A stretch of 64,000 nucleotides of DNA from the NCBI GenBank assembly GCA_016207165.1, contig JACQQD010000008.1:32001-96000 (forward strand). The letters are read 5' to 3'. The notes below the pieces were generated by a model, which saw nothing but the letters and a program-made list of their open reading frames with translations, made no database searches and was not told the DNA's origin. Made by a program: the position numbers and the translations under genes. This DNA is from Candidatus Micrarchaeota archaeon. Lineage in GTDB: Archaea; Micrarchaeota; Micrarchaeia; Norongarragalinales; Norongarragalinaceae. Shown here piece after piece: positions 55,901-64,000 of this stretch. How positions within the stretch are numbered: the stretch's first letter is position 1; every line of letters starts with the position of its first letter.

Positions 55901-57702
55901 CTTGGCACCATGACGGCCGAGAGGTTGCGTTGTTCGTCGTCAGCCATTACCAGGCTTGCGGCAAAGACGCGGAATCCGTCGGCCGTGACGCGGAGGCGGT
56001 TTTCCACCAAGGCGGCTGTGGTAAACGAACACGCCGCGCCTTGGCACGTCTGCGTGGATTCGATGAGGTTGGAAAGCTCCATGGCCGCTGGAACGGCTTG
56101 GCTGTCCACGGCGTTACTCGTTTTCACGTTCAACGTCGCGCGGTGAATGGTCAATGTAATGGTCGCCGTGGACCCGCCTTGCTCGACGTTCGTCGTGCCG
56201 CGGACGGTTTTGGTTCCAAATTGCGCGAACACGCCCACGGTTCCCACCGGAATTTCGTCAAATCGCGCTTCGCCTTGAGAATCCGTTTCGACGTCTGCAG
56301 AAAAAACGCGGTTCTCTTTTTCCAGCCGCACGTTGGCTCCGGAAAGGCTTTCTCCGTATTCGTCTTGGACGCGGACCGTGAGCGTCGCGGCGTTAAACGG
56401 CGTGGCTTTCTCCAGTTGGATGACGTGGTTTTGTCCGGCCACCAAGTCGAACGTTTTGGCCAGGAATCCGGGCGACTGGATCCACACGTAATACGTTCCC
56501 GGACTTACCAAAAGCTCCCATTGTTCGCCGTCAAATGCCGCCAGCTCGATGGCGGGCGGCTTGAAGACTTTCGCGGAAAAGTAAAGCGCGTTTTCGTCTT
56601 TGTCCACGGCTTTAATCGTGGTTTTCTCGCCGACGGGCGCGTCCGCCCCGGCCAACGCGATCTGGAATTCCGTGAATTCCTCCACGACTTTGGCTCGGGC
56701 CGATCCGTCAAACAACGCGAATCCTTCGGCGTTGATCGTCGGGTAGACGCTGTCGCCGATGGGGGCCGTGAAAACAATGACGCCCTCCACCGTCGTTCCT
56801 TCACCCAACAGGACGGCTTGAGCGTTGTAGAGCTTGACGTTTCCGTTGACGGGGTCCGAGCCGTTGGTGATGGTGACCGTTACGATTCCTTGGTCGGAAA
56901 ACGAGGTGCCTGGCGGAGTCAGCGTCCCCGTACCCCCGCCTTGGTTTTCCCCGCCCCCGCTTCCGGGTTGCGTGAAGAGTGCCTGGTTGGTTGCCTTGAG
57001 GTATACCGTGACGTCGCCGCCGCCGCGGACGGTCCGAACATCCGGCTTGTAGCCCGTCTTGCTGATGCGCAGGTTCATGACGGCGGCTTGCGGCAAAATG
57101 GCTTCGCCTTGCGCGTTGGTGGTTTCCTGGCCGTTTTGTTTGGCGGAGTTAAAGGCGATGGACGCGGCCGAAATGGGTTGCTTGGTTTGCTCGTCTTGCA
57201 CGATAACGCGCAGGCGGCTGCGATCCAAAAATCCGATGCTGGAGCCATCCGACCCGCTTTTCAAGTCGACGCGAAGCGACGTCTGGTCCGCCAACAGCGT
57301 GCGGCGCGCGGGGTCAAAGCCTTCCTGGAGGATGCGCACCGTGTACTCGCGTTGCGGCACGTCGCTGAATACGGCGGCGCCGTTTTGCGCCCGCTTTTCG
57401 GCGATGACTTCGCCGTCCAGCAACAGTTGTATTCGGGCGCCGTCCAGGGGTTGTCCGTCGGCGTCGACTTGGATGGTGACCGTCTTGACGCCCGTAGTCT
57501 GCGTCAACACCAACAAGGCGCCCGCGGAAATCGCCACGATCAACAACAAAAACACCGGCATGGAGGGAATGCCGGCGCCTTCAATGGGCTTGACGAAGAA
57601 ATCCAGAAATGGAATGCCTTTGCGTTGAAGGCCTTCGGCAAAGTCATAGTAGTGGTCCTCAATGGAAAAGTACGCGGCCTTGAGTCCGTCAAGAAACCCC
57701 AT
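52939..57702 (-). CDS. Giant (1587 aa) membrane-anchored surface protein with carboxypeptidase-regulatory-like repeats
   Basis: N-terminal ED.YY..GIPS.P + TM; repeated TD..G.A.F beta domains; SPSP linker; Cys-rich coiled-coil C-terminus. Confidence 0.85.
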   Translation of the reverse strand: MGFLDGLKAAYFSIEDHYYDFAEGLQRKGIPFLDFFVKPIEGAGIPSMPVFLLLIVAISAGALLVLTQTTGVKTVTIQVDADGQPLDGARIQLLLDGEVIAEKRAQNGAAVFSDVPQREYTVRILQEGFDPARRTLLADQTSLRVDLKSGSDGSSIGFLDRSRLRVIVQDEQTKQPISAASIAFNSAKQNGQETTNAQGEAILPQAAVMNLRISKTGYKPDVRTVRGGGDVTVYLKATNQALFTQPGSGGGENQGGGTGTLTPPGTSFSDQGIVTVTITNGSDPVNGNVKLYNAQAVLLGEGTTVEGVIVFTAPIGDSVYPTINAEGFALFDGSARAKVVEEFTEFQIALAGADAPVGEKTTIKAVDKDENALYFSAKVFKPPAIELAAFDGEQWELLVSPGTYYVWIQSPGFLAKTFDLVAGQNHVIQLEKATPFNAATLTVRVQDEYGESLSGANVRLEKENRVFSADVETDSQGEARFDEIPVGTVGVFAQFGTKTVRGTTNVEQGGSTATITLTIHRATLNVKTSNAVDSQAVPAAMELSNLIESTQTCQGAACSFTTAALVENRLRVTADGFRVFAASLVMADDEQRNLSAVMVPSQASGGAKIEFIQIKDVSGQPVQSLQPGREYVVEFNATPAAQAEAQGIYLRVGSKSSVDGDDVAIIEHSTADAAQKSTEYNPSTSCADLQPEFTSGLQGYKWVALDYDEPAVRLVSFVVRVREGASTNQALSLYYATHTNAGSVYARDPLDPAGQTCYPKTYEIKLPLVAGSIGGGNGGGNGGTGTPTPTPPPGTPNPLPSGHQYTPKVGISFNPATGQIEVDAPEIVLEVDAIYPKDAVPLNFNDASCTIGFKIQSSQSSCYQVSRESLTFSTKDFSASCPSFVEGNQVKLQQDPQAKLVLQALCSGVQAQKEVPIRIHVAQVNSLTAAPQKLDEGEGTAKLLYVVNQKQQGLRTLTPLGASGTITLSDHAATALSWKGPGTLTLLEGETVVGEWTYENGPAYFEGIGTLGSRVSSASDYMSCAQGWCTGTAAIQAISAFKQEAQKTAQATVFRRGSNAMPTTTPNPTPTASPTASASPSPGASTTPSASPSPTASASPNPTASPSADAMHINDEKTAANGFKIQLTAIETVSGRTKAFFDVKNAQGAVVDAVEAFAGEQKTTSGLVINVQSVHHEATTANRYAEVTLTVSSAQTAPASQLNFAEERRIAADPFTFSTVMQLTEDADKALEAAGFEVKRSTGCRAGDPAVFLVQATTSDGQNFQYTASTLELHDNLDQPQNQIPLCGFLHAQGPVIVATTNPVLPSQNQANDQHTQPQIQFALFIQAPIFKAQCESLGKKVIDLDTQIKQKKTVEIPKLEATQTTACGSDPTAAACTNAKKATEKARADLKNLESQLKATKQKCNAMQYPLFEIPPGLRPQFSQFTCYSDYDKISKQIQEAQKEADALKEKLPQTTGAQDSSPIGDLNDQWTEANDKLDELKGELKGCKAFCQQKPACIEMFPNGRQFTKIIHLGLSPDCSPFSKNAAIELGNSFLISTLMKDLGPYAALSGIGCGFAQGYYNQQQLGGPQGFADTPQIQPQQVQA

Positions 57703-57736
57703 GAAGGAAAGTGAAGCCGCAGGCGGATAAAAACGT

Positions 57737-58165
57737 TTAGAACAGCCGGTCCGAGAGGTAGTGCGACGCGTAGGCGATCACGCCGTTGGCAGCCACCCCC
57801 ATTTCGCGCGTCAACGCATACGCGGCCAGGCCAAAAACCAGGGCGGCCAGGGGATGGTGCGTGATGCCGCGGTGCCGGGGCTTCAAGATGGACACGGCGA
57901 TCGCGGCCAGGGCGGCGGCTAAGGCGGCCGCCACGGCGCGGGCCGGGTTGTCCAAGGAAATGGTTTGGTACGCGGCGGCAAAAACCAGGGCCGCGACGGC
58001 GACCAAAGCAAACTTGAAAATCCGCGTTTTTTTGTGGTCCACGTCCGGCAAAATCGCGCCCAAGAAAACCACGGCGAAAAGCGGGAGCGTCCAGGCCACG
58101 CCGGCGGCGACGTTGAACGCGTGCGCGAGGGCAAACGCGAGTGCAACGTGCGGCATCCAGTTCAT
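57737..58165 (-). CDS. Membrane-bound metal-dependent hydrolase (YdjM-like)
   Basis: H, GAILPDVDH, HRGITH, SHY.SD motifs. Confidence 0.88.
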   Translation of the reverse strand: MNWMPHVALAFALAHAFNVAAGVAWTLPLFAVVFLGAILPDVDHKKTRIFKFALVAVAALVFAAAYQTISLDNPARAVAAALAAALAAIAVSILKPRHRGITHHPLAALVFGLAAYALTREMGVAANGVIAYASHYLSDRLF

Positions 58166-58224
58166 GGAAAAGCCCTTACCGTTTTTAGAAGCTTTATATA
58201 TTTGGTCCAAGCTAGTGTTCTGGT

Positions 58225-61200
58225 ATGGGCTTCTATGAGTCACTGGAGGAGGGTTATTACTCCTTCATGGATTCCCTGGAGGACCGGGGCATCAAGGTCT
58301 ACGAGTTCTTCATCAATCCCGTGGAATCCCACGGCATTCCTTCCTTTCCACTTTTTTCCCTCATTATACTGCTGTTGATCGGCGGCGCCGCGTTTTTGGC
58401 GTTCTCCGCTCTTTCCGGCGGCGGAGCGAATTTGTCGGTTCAAGTCGTGGACGCGCAAGGAAACACGTTGGACAACGTCATCGTTCAACTCGCTGTAGGC
58501 GACGACGTTCGGCGGGCAAAAACTTCGGGGGGCGTGGCCACCTTTTCAGGCATCCCGCACGGCCAAAGCCTGACGGTCAGCATCAACGAGGAGGGCTTCA
58601 AGCCGTACACCAACTCGTTTTCCATTGAAGGCGGCAAAGCCGCGGACTCCGTGCGCGTCACCTTGGAGTCCGCGAAAGCCAACGAACTGTTCTTGTTTGT
58701 TTCCGACGACTCCGGTTTTCCCGTGAGTTTAGCCGACGTCCGCTTTACGGATCCCAAGACCGGGGAACTGGTGTCCGCGCAAACCGACGCCCAAGGCAAG
58801 GTTTCCTTGCGTTATGCCTCGGCCACCGACATCCTCAACGTGCGCGTCACGCGCGATGGCTACCAGGCCACCACGCAGTCGTGTTTTGCCAGCCAGTCCT
58901 CGTGCGAAGCCATTCTGTCCTCGACTACTGGCGGAGGCGGCGGTGGAGGCGGGGGCGGAACCACGCCGCCGCGCGAGAAAGCCGGCATCCGCGTGGAAGT
59001 CTTGGACCAAAACGGCGACGGCGTGGACGCCAAAGTCGTGCTTTTCCACGGTTTTTCCGGCGAGCGCATCACTGACGCCTACACGGATTCGTTGGGTGTC
59101 GCGTTCTTCTCGGATGCCGTGGACTTGGGCACCGACGTCTACGTGTCTGTTGACCCTTCTTCCGACGGCTTCCAGTCCTTTTCTTCGGAAGTCAAGACCA
59201 CGACTCGTTCTACCGAGTTCTTCATCCAGTTGCGTCCCGCGACGCCCGTCCCTCCAGGAGGCACCAACTTCGAGCGCGTGTCGTTCAAAGTCGTGGACGC
59301 CGACAAGAAGCCTGTTGAAAATGCCTTGGTGAAGTTGTATTTTTCCCAGCCGCCCTTGCGCGCCATTGGCGAATCGTACACCGACTCTTCTGGCGACGTC
59401 GCCTTTGACGTGGCGGCCAACGTCCGCGTGTACGCCACCGTTTTTGCTTCCGGCTTTTTACCGCTTCGCTCCAAGGCGCTGACCGGAGGCGAGTTCACGC
59501 AACTGGTTTTGACTTCCCTGAAAATCGGCAACCACGGGTCCTTGACGGTCAATGTCCAGGACGAGACCGGCGCGCCAATCAGTTTCGCGTCCGTGACTCT
59601 TTCCACGCACGACGGATTCGCGTTGGGCGTGCCCAGCCAGGAAACCCTGTCCGACGGCTCCGCGCTTTTTGAAGGATTGCCCTTGGAGCGAGTAAAAGCG
59701 TTGGCGGTTTTCGGAGCCCAGAAGGGCCAAAGCGACATCGCGGAACTTGGCGTGGAACCCAAGGAAATCACGGTGGTGCTTCAACCCGCCCAGGCCTTCG
59801 TATCCGCCACGGTTTTGGATGCCGTGACCAAACAGAAAATTCCCGCGACGGTGACGGCGTACAAGTTCCAAGGCGATGGCGTGATTGGCTCCTGCCAGAC
59901 GGAAGGCAATTCCTGCGTCATTGAAGTGCCAGCGGACCGCGAAATCTATTTGGTGTCCAACGCGTCCGGTTACGGGTCCTTGACCGGAGAGGAGTTCCAG
60001 GTCTTGCCGGACCAAACCGTTTCCAAAGTCGCTTCCTTGCTTCCCAATTCCTTGACGGACGAACTGCGGATTCTGGACGTGCGGTTGGAGGATCTCAACG
60101 GCCAAAGCGTTTCCCTGTTGGACCAAAACCTCAACGTTCAAGTCAACCGCGGCGACTATTACCACGTCTTGTTGTCGGCGAACCTGCCTTCCTCTGCGCA
60201 GAAAGCCGGCACGCACATGCGCATCGGCGAATTGGCGGACGTTTCGGAAGAGAAAACGCGCATCGTGGACTACAGCAAGCCCGCCACCGCCGAAGTCGTG
60301 AAAGCAACCGGCTTTAACCCCGGGCCTTCCTGTGCCCAAGACTTGGGTGACCAAAACGGGCCGGTCAAGTGGGTGGAACACGGTTTCACGGAGTTTGGTG
60401 CCAAGACGGTGCGCGCCACCGTCTTTGTGGACCCATCGGCGACCAAAGACGACGAACTGGTTGTCTCGTACCGCGTGTACGCCAAGGCCGGCGACGTTTA
60501 CTTGCGTCAGCCCGACGACCCGCGTTATGAGGGATTGGAGAAAACCGCTTCCCTGGATTCCTGTTACGCGCAGACGGTGACGGTCCGCATCCCCATTACC
60601 GAAGGCCGCAGCACCTGCAACGATGACGCGTGTCTGTCGGCGTTGTTCTACACAGAAACCGCGTCCGCGGCCAACGGGTTGCGCGTGGACTTGGATCAAC
60701 CCTTTGCCGCCGCCGTGGGAATCCGCTCCTTTACGACCCTTGACGCGCCGTTCTTGCGCGTGAAAACCGATCCGTCGCTTCAAGTCTTGGGCTATGATTT
60801 CGGCAGCGGCTTTACCACCACTTCCGGCCAGGAAGTCACCATCCCGCTTTCATTCTTCCAGCGCACCCAAGGCAACCTCACGTTCAAGCCCATCATTCCC
60901 ACTCAGAACGCCCGCGTTTCCTTTGCATTCGGCGACGCGTCCGGCTCCATCGTCGAGGCGCAACGCTTTGTCGTGGTGCAGGGCACCGGGCAATTCAACG
61001 TGGCCGGCCAGCCCCTCGAGTTGCTGGCGCAGCAACGCAACACGTTGACCGTCAGCGTGCTTTCCCAGAACGGCCAGGCCGTCACCGACGCGAAGTTGAC
61101 GTTCAAGGAAGTCCAGGGTTCGGCGTTCAACGGTTTCCCCAACGGGCCGGAGACCTTGTTGGGCGACAATTCCGAAGGCCGCGGAAAAGACGGAACCTAT

Positions 61201-64000
61201 CGTTTTGAACAATTGCGCCCCGAATCCGTTGGATCCATCGCCGTGGACGTCGAGCGCGACGGCTTTGCACCCTCGTCATTGGATTTAGTCGTTTCCAGTG
61301 ACGAGCCGTTGTCCTTCAGCCAGGATCCGACTTTAATTGATCTTTCATGCGACGAACCCACGCGCCTCGGCGTTTCCTCGGCCATTGAATCCAAGTTGCG
61401 CGTGGCCGCCAGCTTCTCGGGGACGGCTTGCGCCAACCTCCAGGTTTTAGGTTCCGGCACCGGCGATTCGGCGTCCTTTGACGTCAAACCCGGCAAAGAC
61501 ACGACCATCATCATCGACCCGAAAATCAACGGCCAATGCTTGCTGGTCTTCAACGCGGAAACGCCATCCGGCCAGGCGCTGGGCACGCAAGAGGCCTGGC
61601 TGTCCGCGGACTGCGAAAAATTGGGTGGAGGCGACGGATCCGTCAACGCGTCCCCCACGCCTCCGGCTACTCTGCAAGGCACGTGCGCCGCCCAAGGCGG
61701 GCAATGCGTGCCCTCCGGCCAGCGCTGTCCCTCCGGGTTTGTGTCTTCCGATTACAACACCCTTCAAAGCCAGTACCCCAACCCCTACACCGGCCCCACT
61801 CCGACGCCCCAACCCGGCTCCCAGGCGGTCTGCACCGATGGCCAAACGTGTTGCAAGCCCGTGGACCAAGTATGCCAGCCGCCGATTTACAACTTCCAAA
61901 ACATTTTAGCCAAGTACCTCGGCTATTACGCCGGCGTGCAGACGCTGTCCAACTACCCGCAACAAGTCACCTCCGCTTCCGCTCCCATCCGCTTGGCGGC
62001 CACCCCCCAAGGCGTGGTGGTCACGGATCCAGGAAAGTGCCAACGCGCCGGAAACGGCTTGACGTGCACGAAACCCGTTTACGCGATTCTGCCCACCAAC
62101 GCCTTGGCTTTCTCCGTCGAAAACCAGTTGTTCGCTGATACCACCGTGCTTTTGTCCAACTCCGCGGAAACCTGTTTCTCCGTCGAGGAAGTCGGCCAGA
62201 AATCCGGGTTTTACAGCGTCTTGGGCAACGTCCGCAACCAACTGCAATCCGGCGCTTCCCTGCTCACTCGCCAGACGCGCACCTACGTGATTACGTTCCG
62301 CCCCACGCCCCAATGCGTCGCCTATTCGTTGGACGAAAACGGCGCGGCGACCCTGTCGTTGACGGAGGCCGCCAAGTCGGGTGCCCAGGTTGCGGTTCGG
62401 ACTTCATCGGGAATTGCCGGCACGCAGTTCATCTTGAACTTCCAAGTCGCGCCCAAGAAAGTGCCAGCCGACCAGTACGCCTTCATTGCCATGCCCACCG
62501 GCGAGGTGGCGGCCCGCGGCGACGCCTCGTATTCCTTCGAAGAACCCGCGGTCTTCGTCAACAACCTGCAAGCCACCGAAGGCTTGGGCGTGGACGTGTC
62601 CGGCAAATCCGTTCCTTCCAAACTCACCATCGCGCCGACGTCCTACACGCCGGCGATTTTGCGCTTCAAGAAATCCGAGGCCCCGGACGTCAACGCGGTT
62701 TTAGGCAACTCCAACACCAAAGTCAACCTCAAGTTCACGGTGGTCGACGCGCCCACTGGCCTGGACGGGTATGACGTGGTGGGCAACACTGGAGCTGTCG
62801 GCGAAGGATTCCTGCAATGCTCGCGCACCGGTTATTGCACGCCGGACCAAGTCAAAAAAGTCACCGACGCCATCCGGAATGATTTGGATGCGTTTGCCGG
62901 GGAATACGTGGCCAATGTCGACACGTTGGCCTACGAGAACGCCGTGTCCGGCACGCAACAAATCTACCAGCAAGCCTTCCAAGACGCCCTCCGCGAATAC
63001 CTGGCTTTGCGCTCCCAGTACGACGCCTGCGTGCGGTCGGGCCAGGACCCGCTTCGAGGCACCAACCAATACTGCCAGCAAAACAGCGGCCAGGCCCCCA
63101 TTTACCCGTACGCGCAGGGATTGCCTGGAGTGTACGGTCCCCAAGGCTTCTACCAGAACCCCTATTCCGGCGGCGCCGGCAGCTATCCGGGTTCTTACCC
63201 CGGCGCAGGCGTCAACCCATACCAGCAAGGCTACAACCCCTACCAATCCAACTTTTACCCCGGCCAAGGCTACTATCCTTCTTACGTATCCAACCCGCAA
63301 ACCCAGCAAAGCCTGACTGGAGCTTTCGGCGACGGATGGATGAACGCCGGCTGTAACTCCGACATCTTGAACGCCTTCCAACTCCAAGGCCAAGTGGGAT
63401 TGAACCAATTCAACCCCGTCCAACAACAATACATGCAATCCGCACGGTACTCGCAAGGCGTTTTCAGCCAACGCGAACCCGTCCTATCCAACCTCCAACC
63501 CAAAATCATCGTGCCCATCAAGGAAGCCGGGCCCCAAGGCGGAATCAAACTGTACACCTTCACCGCCGATTTAAGCAAATCCAGCCCCACCGGAGAAGGC
63601 GGCTTTACTGTCATTGACCGAATCAGCTCTGGAACCCTTCAAGCCGGCTACTTGACGCTGCCCTACCACCAGCGGCCCGCCACGGAACTGCCCTCCGGCG
63701 ATTCCGGTCAAGAAAAAATCTCCGGCTTCCCGTACCTGGAGAAAGACAAGGCGAGCACCACCTACAAACTCAAAAACTGGGGCACGACCACCAGCGTGAC
63801 GGTACCCTCCGGAACCCAGACCCACCTCGTCGTCGAGAAAACCCAGGCTCAAGCCGGTAGCCAAAGTACAGCGGGCGTCGGACCGGCTGGCGTGGCTCCA
63901 GGTCAACCCGGTGCAACGGGTTCCGGAGTCACCGGAAACGGCGGAGCGTCGGCAACCGGAAAGCCAGTCATCGTTGTATACGACGGTGAAATCGACGTGG
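58225..64000 (+). CDS. Giant (>1900 aa) surface protein, paralog of 52939-57702; runs off window (absent from ORF track)
   Basis: MGFYESLEEGYYSFMDSLEDRGIKVYEFFINPVESHGIPSFP + TM; frame spot-checked open to the window end. Confidence 0.85.
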   Translation, partial: MGFYESLEEGYYSFMDSLEDRGIKVYEFFINPVESHGIPSFPLFSLIILLLIGGAAFLAFSALSGGGANLSVQVVDAQGNTLDNVIVQLAVGDDVRRAKTSGGVATFSGIPHGQSLTVSINEEGFKPYTNSFSIEGGKAADSVRVTLESAKANELFLFVSDDSGFPVSLADVRFTDPKTGELVSAQTDAQGKVSLRYASATDILNVRVTRDGYQATTQSCFASQSSCEAILSSTTGGGGGGGGGGTTPPREKAGIRVEVLDQNGDGVDAKVVLFHGFSGERITDAYTDSLGVAFFSDAVDLGTDVYVSVDPSSDGFQSFSSEVKTTTRSTEFFIQLRPATPVPPGGTNFERVSFKVVDADKKPVENALVKLYFSQPPLRAIGESYTDSSGDVAFDVAANVRVYATVFASGFLPLRSKALTGGEFTQLVLTSLKIGNHGSLTVNVQDETGAPISFASVTLSTHDGFALGVPSQETLSDGSALFEGLPLERVKALAVFGAQKGQSDIAELGVEPKEITVVLQPAQAFVSATVLDAVTKQKIPATVTAYKFQGDGVIGSCQTEGNSCVIEVPADREIYLVSNASGYGSLTGEEFQVLPDQTVSKVASLLPNSLTDELRILDVRLEDLNGQSVSLLDQNLNVQVNRGDYYHVLLSANLPSSAQKAGTHMRIGELADVSEEKTRIVDYSKPATAEVVKATGFNPGPSCAQDLGDQNGPVKWVEHGFTEFGAKTVRATVFVDPSATKDDELVVSYRVYAKAGDVYLRQPDDPRYEGLEKTASLDSCYAQTVTVRIPITEGRSTCNDDACLSALFYTETASAANGLRVDLDQPFAAAVGIRSFTTLDAPFLRVKTDPSLQVLGYDFGSGFTTTSGQEVTIPLSFFQRTQGNLTFKPIIPTQNARVSFAFGDASGSIVEAQRFVVVQGTGQFNVAGQPLELLAQQRNTLTVSVLSQNGQAVTDAKLTFKEVQGSAFNGFPNGPETLLGDNSEGRGKDGTYRFEQLRPESVGSIAVDVERDGFAPSSLDLVVSSDEPLSFSQDPTLIDLSCDEPTRLGVSSAIESKLRVAASFSGTACANLQVLGSGTGDSASFDVKPGKDTTIIIDPKINGQCLLVFNAETPSGQALGTQEAWLSADCEKLGGGDGSVNASPTPPATLQGTCAAQGGQCVPSGQRCPSGFVSSDYNTLQSQYPNPYTGPTPTPQPGSQAVCTDGQTCCKPVDQVCQPPIYNFQNILAKYLGYYAGVQTLSNYPQQVTSASAPIRLAATPQGVVVTDPGKCQRAGNGLTCTKPVYAILPTNALAFSVENQLFADTTVLLSNSAETCFSVEEVGQKSGFYSVLGNVRNQLQSGASLLTRQTRTYVITFRPTPQCVAYSLDENGAATLSLTEAAKSGAQVAVRTSSGIAGTQFILNFQVAPKKVPADQYAFIAMPTGEVAARGDASYSFEEPAVFVNNLQATEGLGVDVSGKSVPSKLTIAPTSYTPAILRFKKSEAPDVNAVLGNSNTKVNLKFTVVDAPTGLDGYDVVGNTGAVGEGFLQCSRTGYCTPDQVKKVTDAIRNDLDAFAGEYVANVDTLAYENAVSGTQQIYQQAFQDALREYLALRSQYDACVRSGQDPLRGTNQYCQQNSGQAPIYPYAQGLPGVYGPQGFYQNPYSGGAGSYPGSYPGAGVNPYQQGYNPYQSNFYPGQGYYPSYVSNPQTQQSLTGAFGDGWMNAGCNSDILNAFQLQGQVGLNQFNPVQQQYMQSARYSQGVFSQREPVLSNLQPKIIVPIKEAGPQGGIKLYTFTADLSKSSPTGEGGFTVIDRISSGTLQAGYLTLPYHQRPATELPSGDSGQEKISGFPYLEKDKASTTYKLKNWGTTTSVTVPSGTQTHLVVEKTQAQAGSQSTAGVGPAGVAPGQPGATGSGVTGNGGASATGKPVIVVYDGEIDV

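Overview
Gene-dense, GC-rich archaeal chromosome segment, most likely a DPANN archaeon (Micrarchaeota-like; an inference from GatDE, GINS-rpl44e-rps27e-aIF2alpha-nop10-PAC2 synteny, oapABC, a Methanococcales-type S-layer, a stand-alone PEP-utilizer and giant surface proteins). Housekeeping content: Elp3, GatDE, GatCAB, an intron-containing tRNA-Asn, PdxST, GuaBA, PyrG, EndoQ, SlyD and two toxin-antitoxin pairs. It also carries a large type IV pilus locus (ATPase, two TadC-like proteins, peptidase, about 11 class III signal-peptide pilins). Most notable unexplained structure: (1) a ~70-bp hairpin element found twice, each time between a gene 3' end (a pilin; tRNA-Asn) and a ~30-bp duplicate of that end; (2) a dispersed ~45-bp palindrome family with a conserved loop and covarying stems; (3) a compact operon of four divergent paralogous, partly His-rich two-helix membrane proteins back-to-back with the S-layer gene; (4) twin pilins with a perfectly identical 90-bp 5' segment and divergent heads; (5) two paralogous giant surface proteins, one with prion-like and defensin-like segments. 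All calls were made by eye from motifs; no database searches were run. Several start codons were moved from the ORF track and several genes missing from it were added.
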